A DNA stretch of 64,000 bases from positions 5,948 through 69,947 of the forward strand of contig JAJRUJ010000060.1 of the NCBI GenBank assembly GCA_024277855.1. Reading direction: 5' to 3'. This stretch comes from Candidatus Zixiibacteriota bacterium. Its GTDB lineage: Bacteria > Zixibacteria > MSB-5A5 > WJJR01 > JAJRUJ01. Within the stretch, counting starts at the first letter, position 1, and each line of letters begins with the position of its first letter. The notes beneath the pieces are model-generated. The model was not told where the DNA came from. It ran no database searches and was given only the letters and a program-made list of their open reading frames with translations. A program made the translations under genes and the position numbers. Below are positions 38,898-49,196 of the stretch, one piece after another.

Positions 38898-39887
38898 ATG
38901 AATTCTGCAGCACATGATCGGCGCGGCAGCGGTTGGCTGCGGATGGGAGTCGTCGTATTCTTGGTCATCTGTCTGAGTGGTTGTGGTGGCTCGCGACAGG
39001 GTGTAAGCGCGACACCCGACCTTTCACGTTTGAAGTACGACCAGAACCTGGAACTGAATCTTGAGGGGATCATCGCCGGCGCCGCCGATTTACAAACTCC
39101 GGTGTCGGTGGCCATTGATGCCGAGGGGCAGTTGATTGTCGCGGAACGCGCGCCTGCGCGAATGATCGTTATCGACAAAAGAGGGACGGTTATCCGCGAT
39201 ATCGGGGGCGGCAGGAGCGGACAGTTTCGGCTGGGCAATCCACGGTTTGTTCGCTCAGGATTCGGCCTGACCATAAATGTGGCCGATCTGAATGGCGAGT
39301 TGTTGATCTTCGATTCGCGCTTGAATCTCATCAATTCCTTTCAACCGGTCTATGAGGCATCGGGATTCAGCGGCGGCTCAGTTTCCGGACTGGCAATCAG
39401 CCGGTTTGGTGACACCTATCTGGCCGACAACAACAACGATGTCATCTACCATTTCGATGCAACCGGGAAGTATGTCAAGACGATTGGCGACACCGATGCC
39501 GGTGAGGGCCGTCTGCTCCGACCGGAAGGGCTGGCCCTGACCGAAGATGATGAACTTTTGGTCTGCGACACCGGCGGGCAGCGCCTGGTTCTCTATGACC
39601 GCGACGGTCAGTTTTTGGCTTCGATCGGCAGCGCTGAACTCCATGGGCCGGTCGCGGTGGCCGTTACCCCGGATAACGAGGCCGCACTTGTCACCGATCC
39701 CGGGGGATTGTACCTGGCGCTCTTTGGGCTTGACGGCAGGCTGTTGAGAAGCTGGGACCCGTTTGATTTAGTTCCCGGTGGGGGAGGGGCCGTCGCTGAC
39801 GTGGTTATTGATGGTGAATTTCTGTATCTCGTTGATACACAGGAAGCGCGAATTTTAAAATTCCGGATGGTACCCGGAGAGAAATAA
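38898..39887 (+). CDS. NHL-repeat (six-bladed beta-propeller) lipoprotein
   Basis: Lipobox LVICLSGCGGS. Repeated LAISRFGDTYLADNNNDVIYHFDATGKYV, PEGLALTEDDELLVCDTGGQRLVLYDRDGQFL and PVAVAVTPDNEAALVTDPGGLYLALFGLDGRLL blades. Confidence 0.6.
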   Translation: MNSAAHDRRGSGWLRMGVVVFLVICLSGCGGSRQGVSATPDLSRLKYDQNLELNLEGIIAGAADLQTPVSVAIDAEGQLIVAERAPARMIVIDKRGTVIRDIGGGRSGQFRLGNPRFVRSGFGLTINVADLNGELLIFDSRLNLINSFQPVYEASGFSGGSVSGLAISRFGDTYLADNNNDVIYHFDATGKYVKTIGDTDAGEGRLLRPEGLALTEDDELLVCDTGGQRLVLYDRDGQFLASIGSAELHGPVAVAVTPDNEAALVTDPGGLYLALFGLDGRLLRSWDPFDLVPGGGGAVADVVIDGEFLYLVDTQEARILKFRMVPGEK

Positions 39888-39929
39888 ATCGCTTTGCTCA
39901 GGTGTATTGCCTACAGGTAATAATCGGCG

Positions 39930-42900
39930 ATGACTTTCTCAGGCGAAATAAATCGGCAGTATCGGCGGTGTGGACGGATCGTCTTGCTGTTTGCGGTGTT
40001 GTTCCTGCTCCAAACTGCCGTCCCGCCTGCCGTCTACGCCGCCGAACGGGTGCTTCTCGTTGGTAACGGGACCACCGGGCCGTATTTTTTGACCGGACGA
40101 CCGTTACTTTCAGATTCGCTTGTTGTTTGCCATTCAAACGGCGCTCCGCTTGAAGATAACGCACCAATTCTTTTAGCCAACCCTGCACGAATCATTTTCG
40201 ATCAAGCCCTCGCCGTCGGCGACACAATCACCGTCGCTTTTTCCGCGCTGCCGTTTTCTTTGAAAACAACTTACCAAGCCCCGCTGCGAGGGGAACGCGC
40301 TGTTTTTGCGGCTGCAACACAGCCGACCATTCCGGACAACCCTTCGGTGGGTCGTACGCCCACACCATTCAAACTGGAAATCAACGGCGCAAAAACCTTC
40401 GGGATCACTGCGGGGAATCAAACAACTTCGCGTACCGAACAAGGTCTGCAACTATCGGTCAACGGCAAGCTCACCGAGACTGTGCAGTTGACTGCCGCGA
40501 TCTCCGACCGTTTTTCCGACCGACTTACTTCGGGTGCCTCGGCGTCACGTCTGAACAATCTGGATGATTTTTTTATGGCGGTCAAAAGTCCGCAGTTCGA
40601 CGCCCGTCTCGGGCAATTACTGGTCCAGCCGCCCACGGCCCACGCCGGCCTCCCTCGCAGATTATCCGGGGCGGAGGTGAATGTGCATACCGACCGACAC
40701 CGGATTCAGGCGGCGGCAGGGAAGCTAACGGGGCAACTTCGGCGGGTCGAGTTTTTTGCGGTTGCGGGACGGCAGGGGCCTTACCCGATTACGCGCAACC
40801 GGCGGGCGATTGTGCCGCAATCCGAACGGGTATCTCTCGACGGTCAGCTGTTGAAATCAGGGGAGGATCGCGATTATACCATAGATTATTTTACCGGGGA
40901 ATTAACCTTTACGCCGCAGGCGGCGCTTTCGGAACGCAGCCGGATTACGGTCGATTACGAGGAAAGTACCCATGATTATCTCCGTCGGGCGGCGATGACC
41001 TCCTGGCAAATTGAAACCGCCAACGACCGTCTGACCAATCACCTCTCGGTTCAGTGGGAGGGTGACGATCCCGCAGAGGGGATCGGTTTTTCACTTTCAC
41101 CGGATGATCAGGACAGCTTGCGCTCCTCCGGCGGCGGCAAAATCGTACGATCGGGGGCCGAATATGTCGGCACGGAACGCGGGGAATACCTGGCACATAA
41201 CGGTGATGACGGTATCATCTATGAATATGTCGGGCCGAAAAATGGTGACTACAATGTGCGGTTTGAATATATCGCGCCGGGTGAGGGTTCATACGTCCAT
41301 CTTGGCGCAGGCGCATTCGGCTACGTTGGCGACGGGCAGGGTGACTATCGTCCCCAGGTTGCCATCGACGCGCCGTCATCGCGCACCCTGGTCTCCGACC
41401 GATTGGATTTGAACCAGACTTCATTAGGAAGTTTGCGGCTGGCCCTGGTTGCGGCGGCGTCACAGCCGAATCGTTTTAACCGCGCCGCCGACCGGAACGC
41501 CTGGTCGCATGATCTGGCTTGGTCATCGGGGCCGACCATCCCCGTTGACAACAAAATCGGAATAGCTCATCGGTTTGAACTCTCTACTCGCTGGCGAAAA
41601 CTGGGCAGCCCGGATAGTCCGGACATCGGGATCGCCACAGCCGACATTGCGCGTGATTGGTTCTTGCCGGTCGGCAGTCAACTCGCCGCGTTGGATCTCT
41701 ATGAAATCGCCGCCCGCACAAGACCGACAAACGGCCTGCGGATCAATGGCGCTCTCGGTTCATTGGCCGGTCAGTATCGCGGTACGCGCCAAACACAATT
41801 CGTCGATTTCGAACCCGGCTCCGGTCTTACGTTACAGCTTTCTCACGGCCGCTCGGAGGCCAATACCGCCGCTCCCGACTCATCCCGCAAACGGGAACAA
41901 TGGTCTGCCGATCAACGATGGCGCTCCGGAATTTTCGGTCTGTTTGGCGGGATCTCCCGCGAAGACCGCTATGTCGGCTCCAGCGGCGAACGATTCGACG
42001 GTTACCAGCTTGGCCTCAATCTCGCGGAGTTCCGGCTTGCCTACAGCCGGGACCGCATTTATAATTATGCTGACGAGTTCTTGCTCCTTGAGCATCGCCA
42101 AAAAATCTCTCTCGATGGTTCCGGGGGCGTCGAAGTGCTTGGCCTGCGCGGGACAGTCTCGGCCAGTCGGGCGATCCGAAAGCCTGAAAACGGCGGAAAA
42201 GAATCGCGGGATTATCTTGGCTCGGCAAATCTCCAGTGGTTGGAACCGGGGCTTGGCCTCCTGGGTACGGCGCGCTATTCGCTCAACCGTCTCGGGGCCC
42301 GCGATCAAACCGAATCGTTCATCCGGGTGACTGACGGTTATGGTGATTATCGACTCGAAAACGGGCTTTATCTTACCGATCCGGCAGGCGATTATGCCCT
42401 GGTGCAGGGGACCGCCGGGGGAGTGAGTGACATTTCGGCCGGGAAAAAAGAATTTTCATTGCGCCGGACTTATGGCGGAACCGGTAATTCCCGCGTCTCG
42501 TTTTTAGCCAACTTCTCCGCCGAGTTGCAATTTGTCCGCGAGGAACAAATCGATCCGGAGCAGATTACGATTGCCGGCTGGCTGGTTCCCTGGGGCGGAC
42601 TGAAAGCGCGTACGTCCCCGGTTGAATATAAATTGCAGCGTCGGAAAAACACCGCACAACTCGAACACCGACTCGGCCGGAGCGGCAACTTCTGGTATAT
42701 CCGTGCACGCTTCCGGATGGAGGACGATCGATACGGTTCCCGCTCCTCTCTCACCGGTCGTGAACGCGAAAGCTGGGAACTTTCGGCGTGGGGGAAGTTG
42801 GCGGCCGGCCGTTGGCAGAATTGGGAGGCCAACTTTGAACGGAAGACGAGACGATCTTCGGGATTCACTGGTCTGGCCGATGTTGACGTCCTCTCCTATC

Positions 42901-43289
42901 GTGCCGAGGGTTTGGTCGGCTATGCGCTGGCCGCCGATGGACGAATCACCGGCAAATCGTCGGTTGAACGGTTGCGTGACCAGGTGGCGGATGGTTATTC
43001 CACGATTTATGGATTCAGCCCGTCGCTGTTTTGGCGCATCGGCCCGCGCCGAGGAGGCGGCTCGGTACAGATGGCGGTCGAATACTTCTTCGCCGATTCA
43101 CCGCTGGACGAAACGTTGTTGCCGGGGATCAGCGGTGGATATTCACCGGGGCATAACGCGCGGGTATCGCTTAACGGTCGGCTGGACATTTCCGGCTCGG
43201 TATCGTTTAACCTCCGCTCGACGATGGATTATTATGGCCAGCGTCGTCCTCTCTACCGGATGACGATGCAGGCCGTGTCACGGTTCTGA
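39930..43289 (+). CDS. Large (1119 aa) secreted/outer-membrane protein of unknown function, C-terminal aromatic residue
   Basis: N-terminal signal or signal-anchor LLFAVLFLLQTAVPPAVYAAE. Rich in beta-strand-type alternating patterns. Ends ...MQAVSRF. An Omp85 gene follows 4 nt downstream. Confidence 0.5.
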   Translation: MTFSGEINRQYRRCGRIVLLFAVLFLLQTAVPPAVYAAERVLLVGNGTTGPYFLTGRPLLSDSLVVCHSNGAPLEDNAPILLANPARIIFDQALAVGDTITVAFSALPFSLKTTYQAPLRGERAVFAAATQPTIPDNPSVGRTPTPFKLEINGAKTFGITAGNQTTSRTEQGLQLSVNGKLTETVQLTAAISDRFSDRLTSGASASRLNNLDDFFMAVKSPQFDARLGQLLVQPPTAHAGLPRRLSGAEVNVHTDRHRIQAAAGKLTGQLRRVEFFAVAGRQGPYPITRNRRAIVPQSERVSLDGQLLKSGEDRDYTIDYFTGELTFTPQAALSERSRITVDYEESTHDYLRRAAMTSWQIETANDRLTNHLSVQWEGDDPAEGIGFSLSPDDQDSLRSSGGGKIVRSGAEYVGTERGEYLAHNGDDGIIYEYVGPKNGDYNVRFEYIAPGEGSYVHLGAGAFGYVGDGQGDYRPQVAIDAPSSRTLVSDRLDLNQTSLGSLRLALVAAASQPNRFNRAADRNAWSHDLAWSSGPTIPVDNKIGIAHRFELSTRWRKLGSPDSPDIGIATADIARDWFLPVGSQLAALDLYEIAARTRPTNGLRINGALGSLAGQYRGTRQTQFVDFEPGSGLTLQLSHGRSEANTAAPDSSRKREQWSADQRWRSGIFGLFGGISREDRYVGSSGERFDGYQLGLNLAEFRLAYSRDRIYNYADEFLLLEHRQKISLDGSGGVEVLGLRGTVSASRAIRKPENGGKESRDYLGSANLQWLEPGLGLLGTARYSLNRLGARDQTESFIRVTDGYGDYRLENGLYLTDPAGDYALVQGTAGGVSDISAGKKEFSLRRTYGGTGNSRVSFLANFSAELQFVREEQIDPEQITIAGWLVPWGGLKARTSPVEYKLQRRKNTAQLEHRLGRSGNFWYIRARFRMEDDRYGSRSSLTGRERESWELSAWGKLAAGRWQNWEANFERKTRRSSGFTGLADVDVLSYRAEGLVGYALAADGRITGKSSVERLRDQVADGYSTIYGFSPSLFWRIGPRRGGGSVQMAVEYFFADSPLDETLLPGISGGYSPGHNARVSLNGRLDISGSVSFNLRSTMDYYGQRRPLYRMTMQAVSRF

Positions 43290-43293
43290 TAGC

Positions 43294-45009
43294 ATGCGGG
43301 AATTGAGAAGACATACTCATCGAACCATAGCCGTATCGGGGCTATTCTGTGCGGCTGTCGCCGCCCTCCTGTTATGGGTGTCTCCCTTGTACGCGGCTGA
43401 GATAACCATCCAGGGAAAACATACAATTTCAGGTAGACTGCTCGAACTCTGGGCTGCCGAATGCCGCGACGGTGACGCGGCCGCCATCGCCGAAGCGGTC
43501 CGGGAACGCTATTGCCGCAATGGATATTTCGATGCGCAGGTTGTCGGCATGGCCGGACCGGAGGAGACAGTTATCCTGTCAATCAGCGAAGGCCCGGCAA
43601 TCACGTTGGGAGAGGTGAAATACATCCTGCCCGAAGGTGCCGACAAAACTCTTTTCCCGTTTGCGACAGAGGAGAGAATGCGCGGGATTGCCTCGGCAGC
43701 CAATATCGAAAACGGCTTGCAACGGCTGGTCACTTCGTTTGTCGACAAGGGGTATCCGCTGGTGCAAGTCTCACCGGAAAACTTCCACCGTGAGGGCAAT
43801 TTGCTTTTGTTGAGTGTCCGAATCGATCCGGGGCCAAGGGTACGTGTCGCGGGGTGGAGGATTGTCGGTCTCGAGCGCACCGATACGGCTGACGTCCGTC
43901 GACTGCTGGAATTGTCCGCCGGTCTGGCATGGGACCTTTCGCAACAATCACGTATTGAGGAAAAACTTGCGAGTATCGAATACCTTCGTTTATCGGGTCG
44001 AATAGACATTGCCCGGTATTTGAACGACTCTTCGGTGGTAATTGAAATTCCGCTGGCCGAATCACCGGCGATCACGGCTGACGGCGGGTTGGGGCTGACC
44101 GGCAATAATACCGGTGATGCCGCCTGGCGCGGCAGGTTGACCGTGATGGTCGACAATCCATTCGGCGGCGGACGGCAGTTGGATTTGCTCTTATCCCATC
44201 CGGGCGAGGCGACACGCTCCCGTCTCCGTTTTAGCGATCCGCAGTTGGGGCATTCTCGGATCGGCCTGTACGTTACCCTGGAGCAGGAAAAAGCTCCCCC
44301 GCTCTATGATCGGGTTACCGGTTCGCTGGGCTGGTCGCTCCGGGCCGGCCGGGAGATATATGCGCGTGCCGCCGGGAGCTGGAGCAAGATTACTCCGTTG
44401 AGCGATCAAAACGGCATCGCTCCCGCGCGAAAGTATGATTTTCCCCTGAGCGTGGGTAATCGACTGCCGGGTAGTCGCGGGGCGGTTGCGTTTTTTTGGT
44501 CGTCCGGATTGAGTGCGTCGATTCGACGTGAATTCGGCGTTGGCGGGGGACATACCGCTGCCACAGTTTCCCGCCTCCGGGTGAATTCTTCGGTACGCGG
44601 ACTCTGGTCGTTACGCCGGGACGTTCGCGTCCGGGTCGCGGGCCATTTGGCGAGTTGGTTGGGGCCGGACACGGATCTTAGCTGGGGAGATGAAATCTAT
44701 TTAGGCGGGCCGGAAAGTCTGCGCGGTTATCCTGAACGCTCCTTCACGACACGCGGCTTCGCCCTGCTTTCCAGTGAAATCGGGTTTTATCCCACGCGGG
44801 CCTACGGTGTTTTTCTCTTTTCTGACGTGGCGCATTACCGGCCGTTTTCCACTGCCTCCGGCCGGATTGTCGCCGAACAGGTCATCGGTTACGGCCTTGG
44901 TTTGGAGACAATCAATTATCTTGGCCGGACACGGTTGGAGGTCGGCTGGCCGGAGGATGGAAATATCGGCGACGGCGTGATGTACCTGCGCTGGCTGCGG
45001 GGTTGGTAA
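43294..45009 (+). CDS. Omp85-family outer-membrane protein (TamA/BamA-like, ~3 POTRA + barrel)
   Basis: Signal peptide. POTRA-like VRERYCRNGYFDAQV and LVTSFVDKGYPLVQV. Loop-6-like ESLRGYPERSF. C-terminal barrel ending ...MYLRWLRGW. Confidence 0.75.
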   Translation: MRELRRHTHRTIAVSGLFCAAVAALLLWVSPLYAAEITIQGKHTISGRLLELWAAECRDGDAAAIAEAVRERYCRNGYFDAQVVGMAGPEETVILSISEGPAITLGEVKYILPEGADKTLFPFATEERMRGIASAANIENGLQRLVTSFVDKGYPLVQVSPENFHREGNLLLLSVRIDPGPRVRVAGWRIVGLERTDTADVRRLLELSAGLAWDLSQQSRIEEKLASIEYLRLSGRIDIARYLNDSSVVIEIPLAESPAITADGGLGLTGNNTGDAAWRGRLTVMVDNPFGGGRQLDLLLSHPGEATRSRLRFSDPQLGHSRIGLYVTLEQEKAPPLYDRVTGSLGWSLRAGREIYARAAGSWSKITPLSDQNGIAPARKYDFPLSVGNRLPGSRGAVAFFWSSGLSASIRREFGVGGGHTAATVSRLRVNSSVRGLWSLRRDVRVRVAGHLASWLGPDTDLSWGDEIYLGGPESLRGYPERSFTTRGFALLSSEIGFYPTRAYGVFLFSDVAHYRPFSTASGRIVAEQVIGYGLGLETINYLGRTRLEVGWPEDGNIGDGVMYLRWLRGW

Positions 45010-45090
45010 ATTGGCTGGAGCGTGGGCGGCGAATCCCCTATTATCCCTTCGGGAGAATCGCCGGCGCCACGGGGTGTCGACAGGGCACAG

Positions 45091-45936
45091 ATGAAAGCCG
45101 CCGCCATACTCACATTAACTCGTCCACTCAATGTGTTGCTTACCGGCGCGGCTGTTCTGCTCGGTATCGACCTCGGCCGGGGCGACGCACATCTACCCGC
45201 CCTGATCTTCGGCCCGCTGTCGGCGATGCTCATTGCTGCCTTCGGGAATATCGACAACGACCTTGCCGACTTGCCCATCGATCGGATCAACCGGCCCAAT
45301 CGTCCGTTGCCTTCCGGAGCGATTGCCCCTCACCGGGCCTTAATACTCTCACTGGCTGTCCTGGTTCTTGGCCTGCTTGCCGCTCGCCTCGCCGGGAAAT
45401 TGCCGCTGGCTCTGGCCGGGGCAGCCGCAGTGTTGCTCCTGGGGTACAACCGCTGGGGGAAACGGCAAACCTTAATTGGTAACCTGATGGTGGCTTTTGC
45501 CGGTGGCCTGCCGTTGGTCTATGCCGGTCTTGTGGTCGAGCCATCGCCCGAACGCTGGAAATATCTGTGGCTGGGTTTTGCGCTTGGAGCGGCATTTCAT
45601 CTGGCCCGCGAACTGGTCAAGGATATTGAAGATGTCGAAGGCGATCGGCAGGCCGGAGCCAAAACCGTCCCCTTGGTTTTGGGAGAGAAGTTGGCCGGCC
45701 GCATTGCCGGCGGATATCTTTTGGTTGTGGCGATACTTGCGGTGACCCCGGGTATCTTACAGTGGTGTAATTCGATATATCTGTATGGGGTGATGGCTTT
45801 GCTCACGATCCCCTCAGTGTTCGGTTGTGCCCAGCTTTGGGGAGAACCGTCCAAAACAATTGCGGCGCGTTGGTCGATAATTATCAAAATGATGATGGCC
45901 GCCGGGTTGCTTTTGCTTTGGCTGGGAGCTAAATAA
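45091..45936 (+). CDS. UbiA-family prenyltransferase (DGGGPS/chlorophyll-synthase-like Asp-rich motif)
   Basis: NIDNDLADLPIDRINRPNRPLPSGAI (first Asp-rich motif NxxxDxxxD + INRPxRPLPSG). A second motif is near KDIEDVEGDRQAG. About 8 TM helices. The ORF is open from 45022, but the Met at 45091 avoids overlap with the upstream gene. Confidence 0.8.
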   Translation: MKAAAILTLTRPLNVLLTGAAVLLGIDLGRGDAHLPALIFGPLSAMLIAAFGNIDNDLADLPIDRINRPNRPLPSGAIAPHRALILSLAVLVLGLLAARLAGKLPLALAGAAAVLLLGYNRWGKRQTLIGNLMVAFAGGLPLVYAGLVVEPSPERWKYLWLGFALGAAFHLARELVKDIEDVEGDRQAGAKTVPLVLGEKLAGRIAGGYLLVVAILAVTPGILQWCNSIYLYGVMALLTIPSVFGCAQLWGEPSKTIAARWSIIIKMMMAAGLLLLWLGAK

Positions 45937-46059
45937 AGGCATTGTCGGCGATTTCGGCAAATTGACATTTTTCTTTCGGCACGCATTTTTATTTAACATC
46001 TATTAACGATGCAAAGTGGTATAAAATCTTGACCTGATCGAGGAATGGTGTAACCTTTT

Positions 46060-46971
46060 ATGGCTATGACGGTTTGCAAATTGAGAAGAGTTGAATTGGC
46101 CGGGGTGCTGCTTGCCTGTATTCTGCTGATCGGCCTCTGTGCGCCGGCCAGGGCCATCTCGATCTCGAGCGATCTCTCGGCTTCCGCACTCCGGGTCACC
46201 GATACGCTGACCCTTCGGATCGTGGCTGAATGGGCGGGCAGTGAGGGTCTTTATCACTTCCGTACGCCCCGGCCGGTCGCTAATCCCCACCTGAGGTTGT
46301 CCGGCCAGCGCGTCGGTGGAAGTTCGCAATTGGACGATGGCGCATTCCAGTCGATGAAAAGCTGGACATTCAGCTTTGTTTGTGTCGAGGCGGGGACAAC
46401 TCTGGTTGTCCCGCCGACTGTCATTTATACCAATACCGAAACCGATCTCGCTGATTCGGTGGCGGGATACCCAATGCCGCTGACCGTCGGTTCTGCGCCA
46501 CCTCCGCCATTTGATTATAAACAGGCCGGTCTGTATCTACTGGCCTTCCTGGTTGTTGTCGTGGTCGGTTATTTGATTGGCCGCCTGGTTGTGCGGCGTC
46601 AAAGGGCCAGACGGCTGGCGGCCGCGCAACGGTCGCCCGAGGAAATCGCCGCCGACCTTCTTGCCGACCTTGAGGAGCAAAAGCGCGAGGATCGCAGCGC
46701 CCAATTCTATACCGATCTGGAGAAAATCATCCTCGGCTTGTGGGAGGCACGCCTCGGCGAAGGGCTGGCCGGCAAGACCCCGGAGGAGGCCGTTCGGGTA
46801 CTTGAACAAAATGGTGTCTCGGCCGAAGAGATTGAACATTTGCAGGCCGTGTTAACCGAATGTCATAACGTACGTTTTGGCGGGGGTCAGGTCGATATCC
46901 AGACGATGGATAAGTCATTACAGACGGTAGGGAATTGGTTGAAACCGGGAGCAGGTTCGCCGGGTATATAA
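46060..46971 (+). CDS. Bat-operon-associated membrane protein (signal peptide + BatD-N-like beta domain + TM + cytoplasmic tail; DUF4381-like), paralog 1
   Basis: LLIGLCAPARAISISSDLSASALRVTDTLTLRIV. Mid-protein TM YLLAFLVVVVVGYLIGRLVVRRQRARR. Same architecture as 50166..51182. Confidence 0.45.
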   Translation: MAMTVCKLRRVELAGVLLACILLIGLCAPARAISISSDLSASALRVTDTLTLRIVAEWAGSEGLYHFRTPRPVANPHLRLSGQRVGGSSQLDDGAFQSMKSWTFSFVCVEAGTTLVVPPTVIYTNTETDLADSVAGYPMPLTVGSAPPPPFDYKQAGLYLLAFLVVVVVGYLIGRLVVRRQRARRLAAAQRSPEEIAADLLADLEEQKREDRSAQFYTDLEKIILGLWEARLGEGLAGKTPEEAVRVLEQNGVSAEEIEHLQAVLTECHNVRFGGGQVDIQTMDKSLQTVGNWLKPGAGSPGI

Positions 46972-47056
46972 CACCTGTATCCCGTATCGCCCGGGACGAA
47001 TGACAGCGTACGCTGTAAAGTGAGAAATGCGATTTAGCGAATAGAGGAGATACGCA

Positions 47057-48043
47057 ATGCATCCTGAAATTGAGGCAATCCAAGACCGGGTGCAAACCGA
47101 GAGTGAGTTTTGCCGCAAACTGATCGATGAGATCGGCAAAGTGATCGTCGGTCAAACTTACCTTGTCGAGCGGTTGTTGATCGGCCTGCTGGCCGATGGA
47201 CATCTGTTGCTGGAAGGTGTCCCGGGACTGGCCAAAACACTGGCGGTGAGCACACTGGCCGCCGCGTTACAGGCCGGATTCCGCCGCCTGCAGTTTACCC
47301 CGGACCTGCTCCCGGCGGACATTATCGGCACGGTAATTTACAATGCCGGTGACGGGACTTTTTCCACCAAGAAAGGGCCGATTTTTTCCAATATTATTCT
47401 GGCCGACGAAATCAACCGCGCGCCGGCCAAGGTCCAGTCGGCGCTGCTTGAAGCAATGCAGGAACGGCAGGTGACCATCTCGGATACCACTCATTTATTG
47501 CCGGTGCCTTTCCTGGTCCTGGCCACGCAGAATCCCATCGAGCAGGAAGGGACCTATCCGTTGCCCGAGGCGCAGGTCGACCGTTTCATGCTCAAGTTGG
47601 TGGTCGATTATCCCAGCAAGGTTGAAGAACGCAAGATCATGGATCGGATGACCGTCGGCAAAACGCCGACGGTGAAAGCGGTCGTCAACCCCGAGGATAT
47701 CCTCCGCGCCCGGAAAGTGGTGACCGAAATATACATCGACGACAAAGTCAAAGACTACATTGTTGATATCGTCTTCGCCAGCCGCAATCCCGAGGCCTAC
47801 GGTCTGGATATTAAAGACCTCATCTCCTATGGCGCCTCACCGCGAGCCTCGATCTATCTGAATCTGGCGGCAAAAGCTCACGCATTTTTGCGCGGACGGG
47901 GATTTGTTACTCCCGAGGATGTCAAATCGATCGGCCTGGATGTTTTGCGCCATCGCATTCTGGTCTCATACGAGGCGGAGGCGGAGGAAATCACCTCCGA
48001 TGAAATCGTCCGGAGAATTTTCGATCAGGTCGAGGTGCCGTAA
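47057..48043 (+). CDS. MoxR-family AAA+ ATPase
   Basis: [39 protein letters not shown] and [25 protein letters not shown]. Classical MoxR. Confidence 0.9.
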   Translation: MHPEIEAIQDRVQTESEFCRKLIDEIGKVIVGQTYLVERLLIGLLADGHLLLEGVPGLAKTLAVSTLAAALQAGFRRLQFTPDLLPADIIGTVIYNAGDGTFSTKKGPIFSNIILADEINRAPAKVQSALLEAMQERQVTISDTTHLLPVPFLVLATQNPIEQEGTYPLPEAQVDRFMLKLVVDYPSKVEERKIMDRMTVGKTPTVKAVVNPEDILRARKVVTEIYIDDKVKDYIVDIVFASRNPEAYGLDIKDLISYGASPRASIYLNLAAKAHAFLRGRGFVTPEDVKSIGLDVLRHRILVSYEAEAEEITSDEIVRRIFDQVEVP

Positions 48044-48057
48044 TCAGGTGACAAACG

Positions 48058-48933
48058 ATGCTGCCGCGTGAACTGGTAAAAAATATCCGTCGGATCGAAA
48101 TCAAGACCAAACGGTTGGTCAATGATGTTTTCGGCGGCGAATACCATTCGGTCTTCAAAGGCCAGGGGATGGAATTCGAGGAGGTGCGCGAATATTTCCC
48201 CGGTGATGATATCCGTTTGATTGACTGGAATGTGACCGCGCGTGCCGGTGCGCCTTTTGTCAAGAAATTCAAAGAAGAGCGCGAGTTGACCGTCATGATT
48301 CTCTATGACGCGTCATCGTCGGGCCGGTTTGGTACCAAAGAGCGGATGAAAGGCGAGATGGCCGCCGAGTTGTGCGCGCTGCTGGCTTTTTCGGCGATCA
48401 AAAATAACGACAAAGTCGGCATGATCATTTTCACCGACCGGATTGAAAAATATATCCCGCCGAACAAGGGGTCGGCCCATGTCCTCCGGTTGATCCGGGA
48501 GATTCTGCATTTCCAGCCGGAGGGCCGTTCGACCGACATTGCCGGGGCGCTTGACTTTTTCCTCGGGGTGGTCCGGCGCAAGGCCGTTGCGTTTCTCGTT
48601 TCGGATTTTCTCGCCGGGGAATATCAGCGTGAACTGGCAATTGCCAACCGCAAGCACGACCTGATCGCGATCCGGATTACCGACCCGCGCGAAAACGAAC
48701 TCGTCGATGTCGGTTTGCTCGAACTTGAGGACGCCGAGACCGGCGAAATCGTGGTGGTCGACACCGCCTCACTCAAAGTCCGCAACCGCTATTCCGCGCA
48801 GGCGGAAAAACGCGACGCCGTGCTCAAACGATCATTTGGTTCGATTGATCTGGACACGATCTCCGTACAGACCGGTGCATCTTATGTCGAGCCACTCATC
48901 CGATTTTTTAAAAAACGGGAAAAGCGGGTCTAA
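48058..48933 (+). CDS. DUF58 protein (VWA-like, MoxR partner)
   Basis: EFEEVREYFPGDDIRLIDWNVTAR signature of DUF58. Follows moxR. Confidence 0.85.
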   Translation: MLPRELVKNIRRIEIKTKRLVNDVFGGEYHSVFKGQGMEFEEVREYFPGDDIRLIDWNVTARAGAPFVKKFKEERELTVMILYDASSSGRFGTKERMKGEMAAELCALLAFSAIKNNDKVGMIIFTDRIEKYIPPNKGSAHVLRLIREILHFQPEGRSTDIAGALDFFLGVVRRKAVAFLVSDFLAGEYQRELAIANRKHDLIAIRITDPRENELVDVGLLELEDAETGEIVVVDTASLKVRNRYSAQAEKRDAVLKRSFGSIDLDTISVQTGASYVEPLIRFFKKREKRV

Positions 48934-48972
48934 TGCGGAAAACAGCCAACGGCTAAAAAAGGGGAGGGCGGC

Positions 48973-49167
48973 ATGTTCGGTTTGGGAGTTTGGGAAATAA
49001 TGCTAATCGTCCTGGTGGTTGTCGTGTTGTTCGGGGCGAAAAAATTGCCGGATTTGGCGCGCAGTCTGGGGCGTAGCAGTGTCGAATTCCGCAAAGGTTT
49101 AAAAGGCGAAGAGGCAGACCAGAGCAAGAAAACCGACAAAGAAAGCGACAAGCCCAAAAAAAAATAA
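48973..49167 (+). CDS. tatA: Twin-arginine translocase subunit TatA/E
   Basis: MFGLGVWEIMLIVLVVVVLFGAKKLPDLARSLGRSSVEFRKG matches the TatA N-terminal TM + amphipathic helix. Lys-rich tail. Confidence 0.7.
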   Translation: MFGLGVWEIMLIVLVVVVLFGAKKLPDLARSLGRSSVEFRKGLKGEEADQSKKTDKESDKPKKK

Positions 49168-49196
49168 TCACCGCACCGGGGATTTGATTTGGGGGA

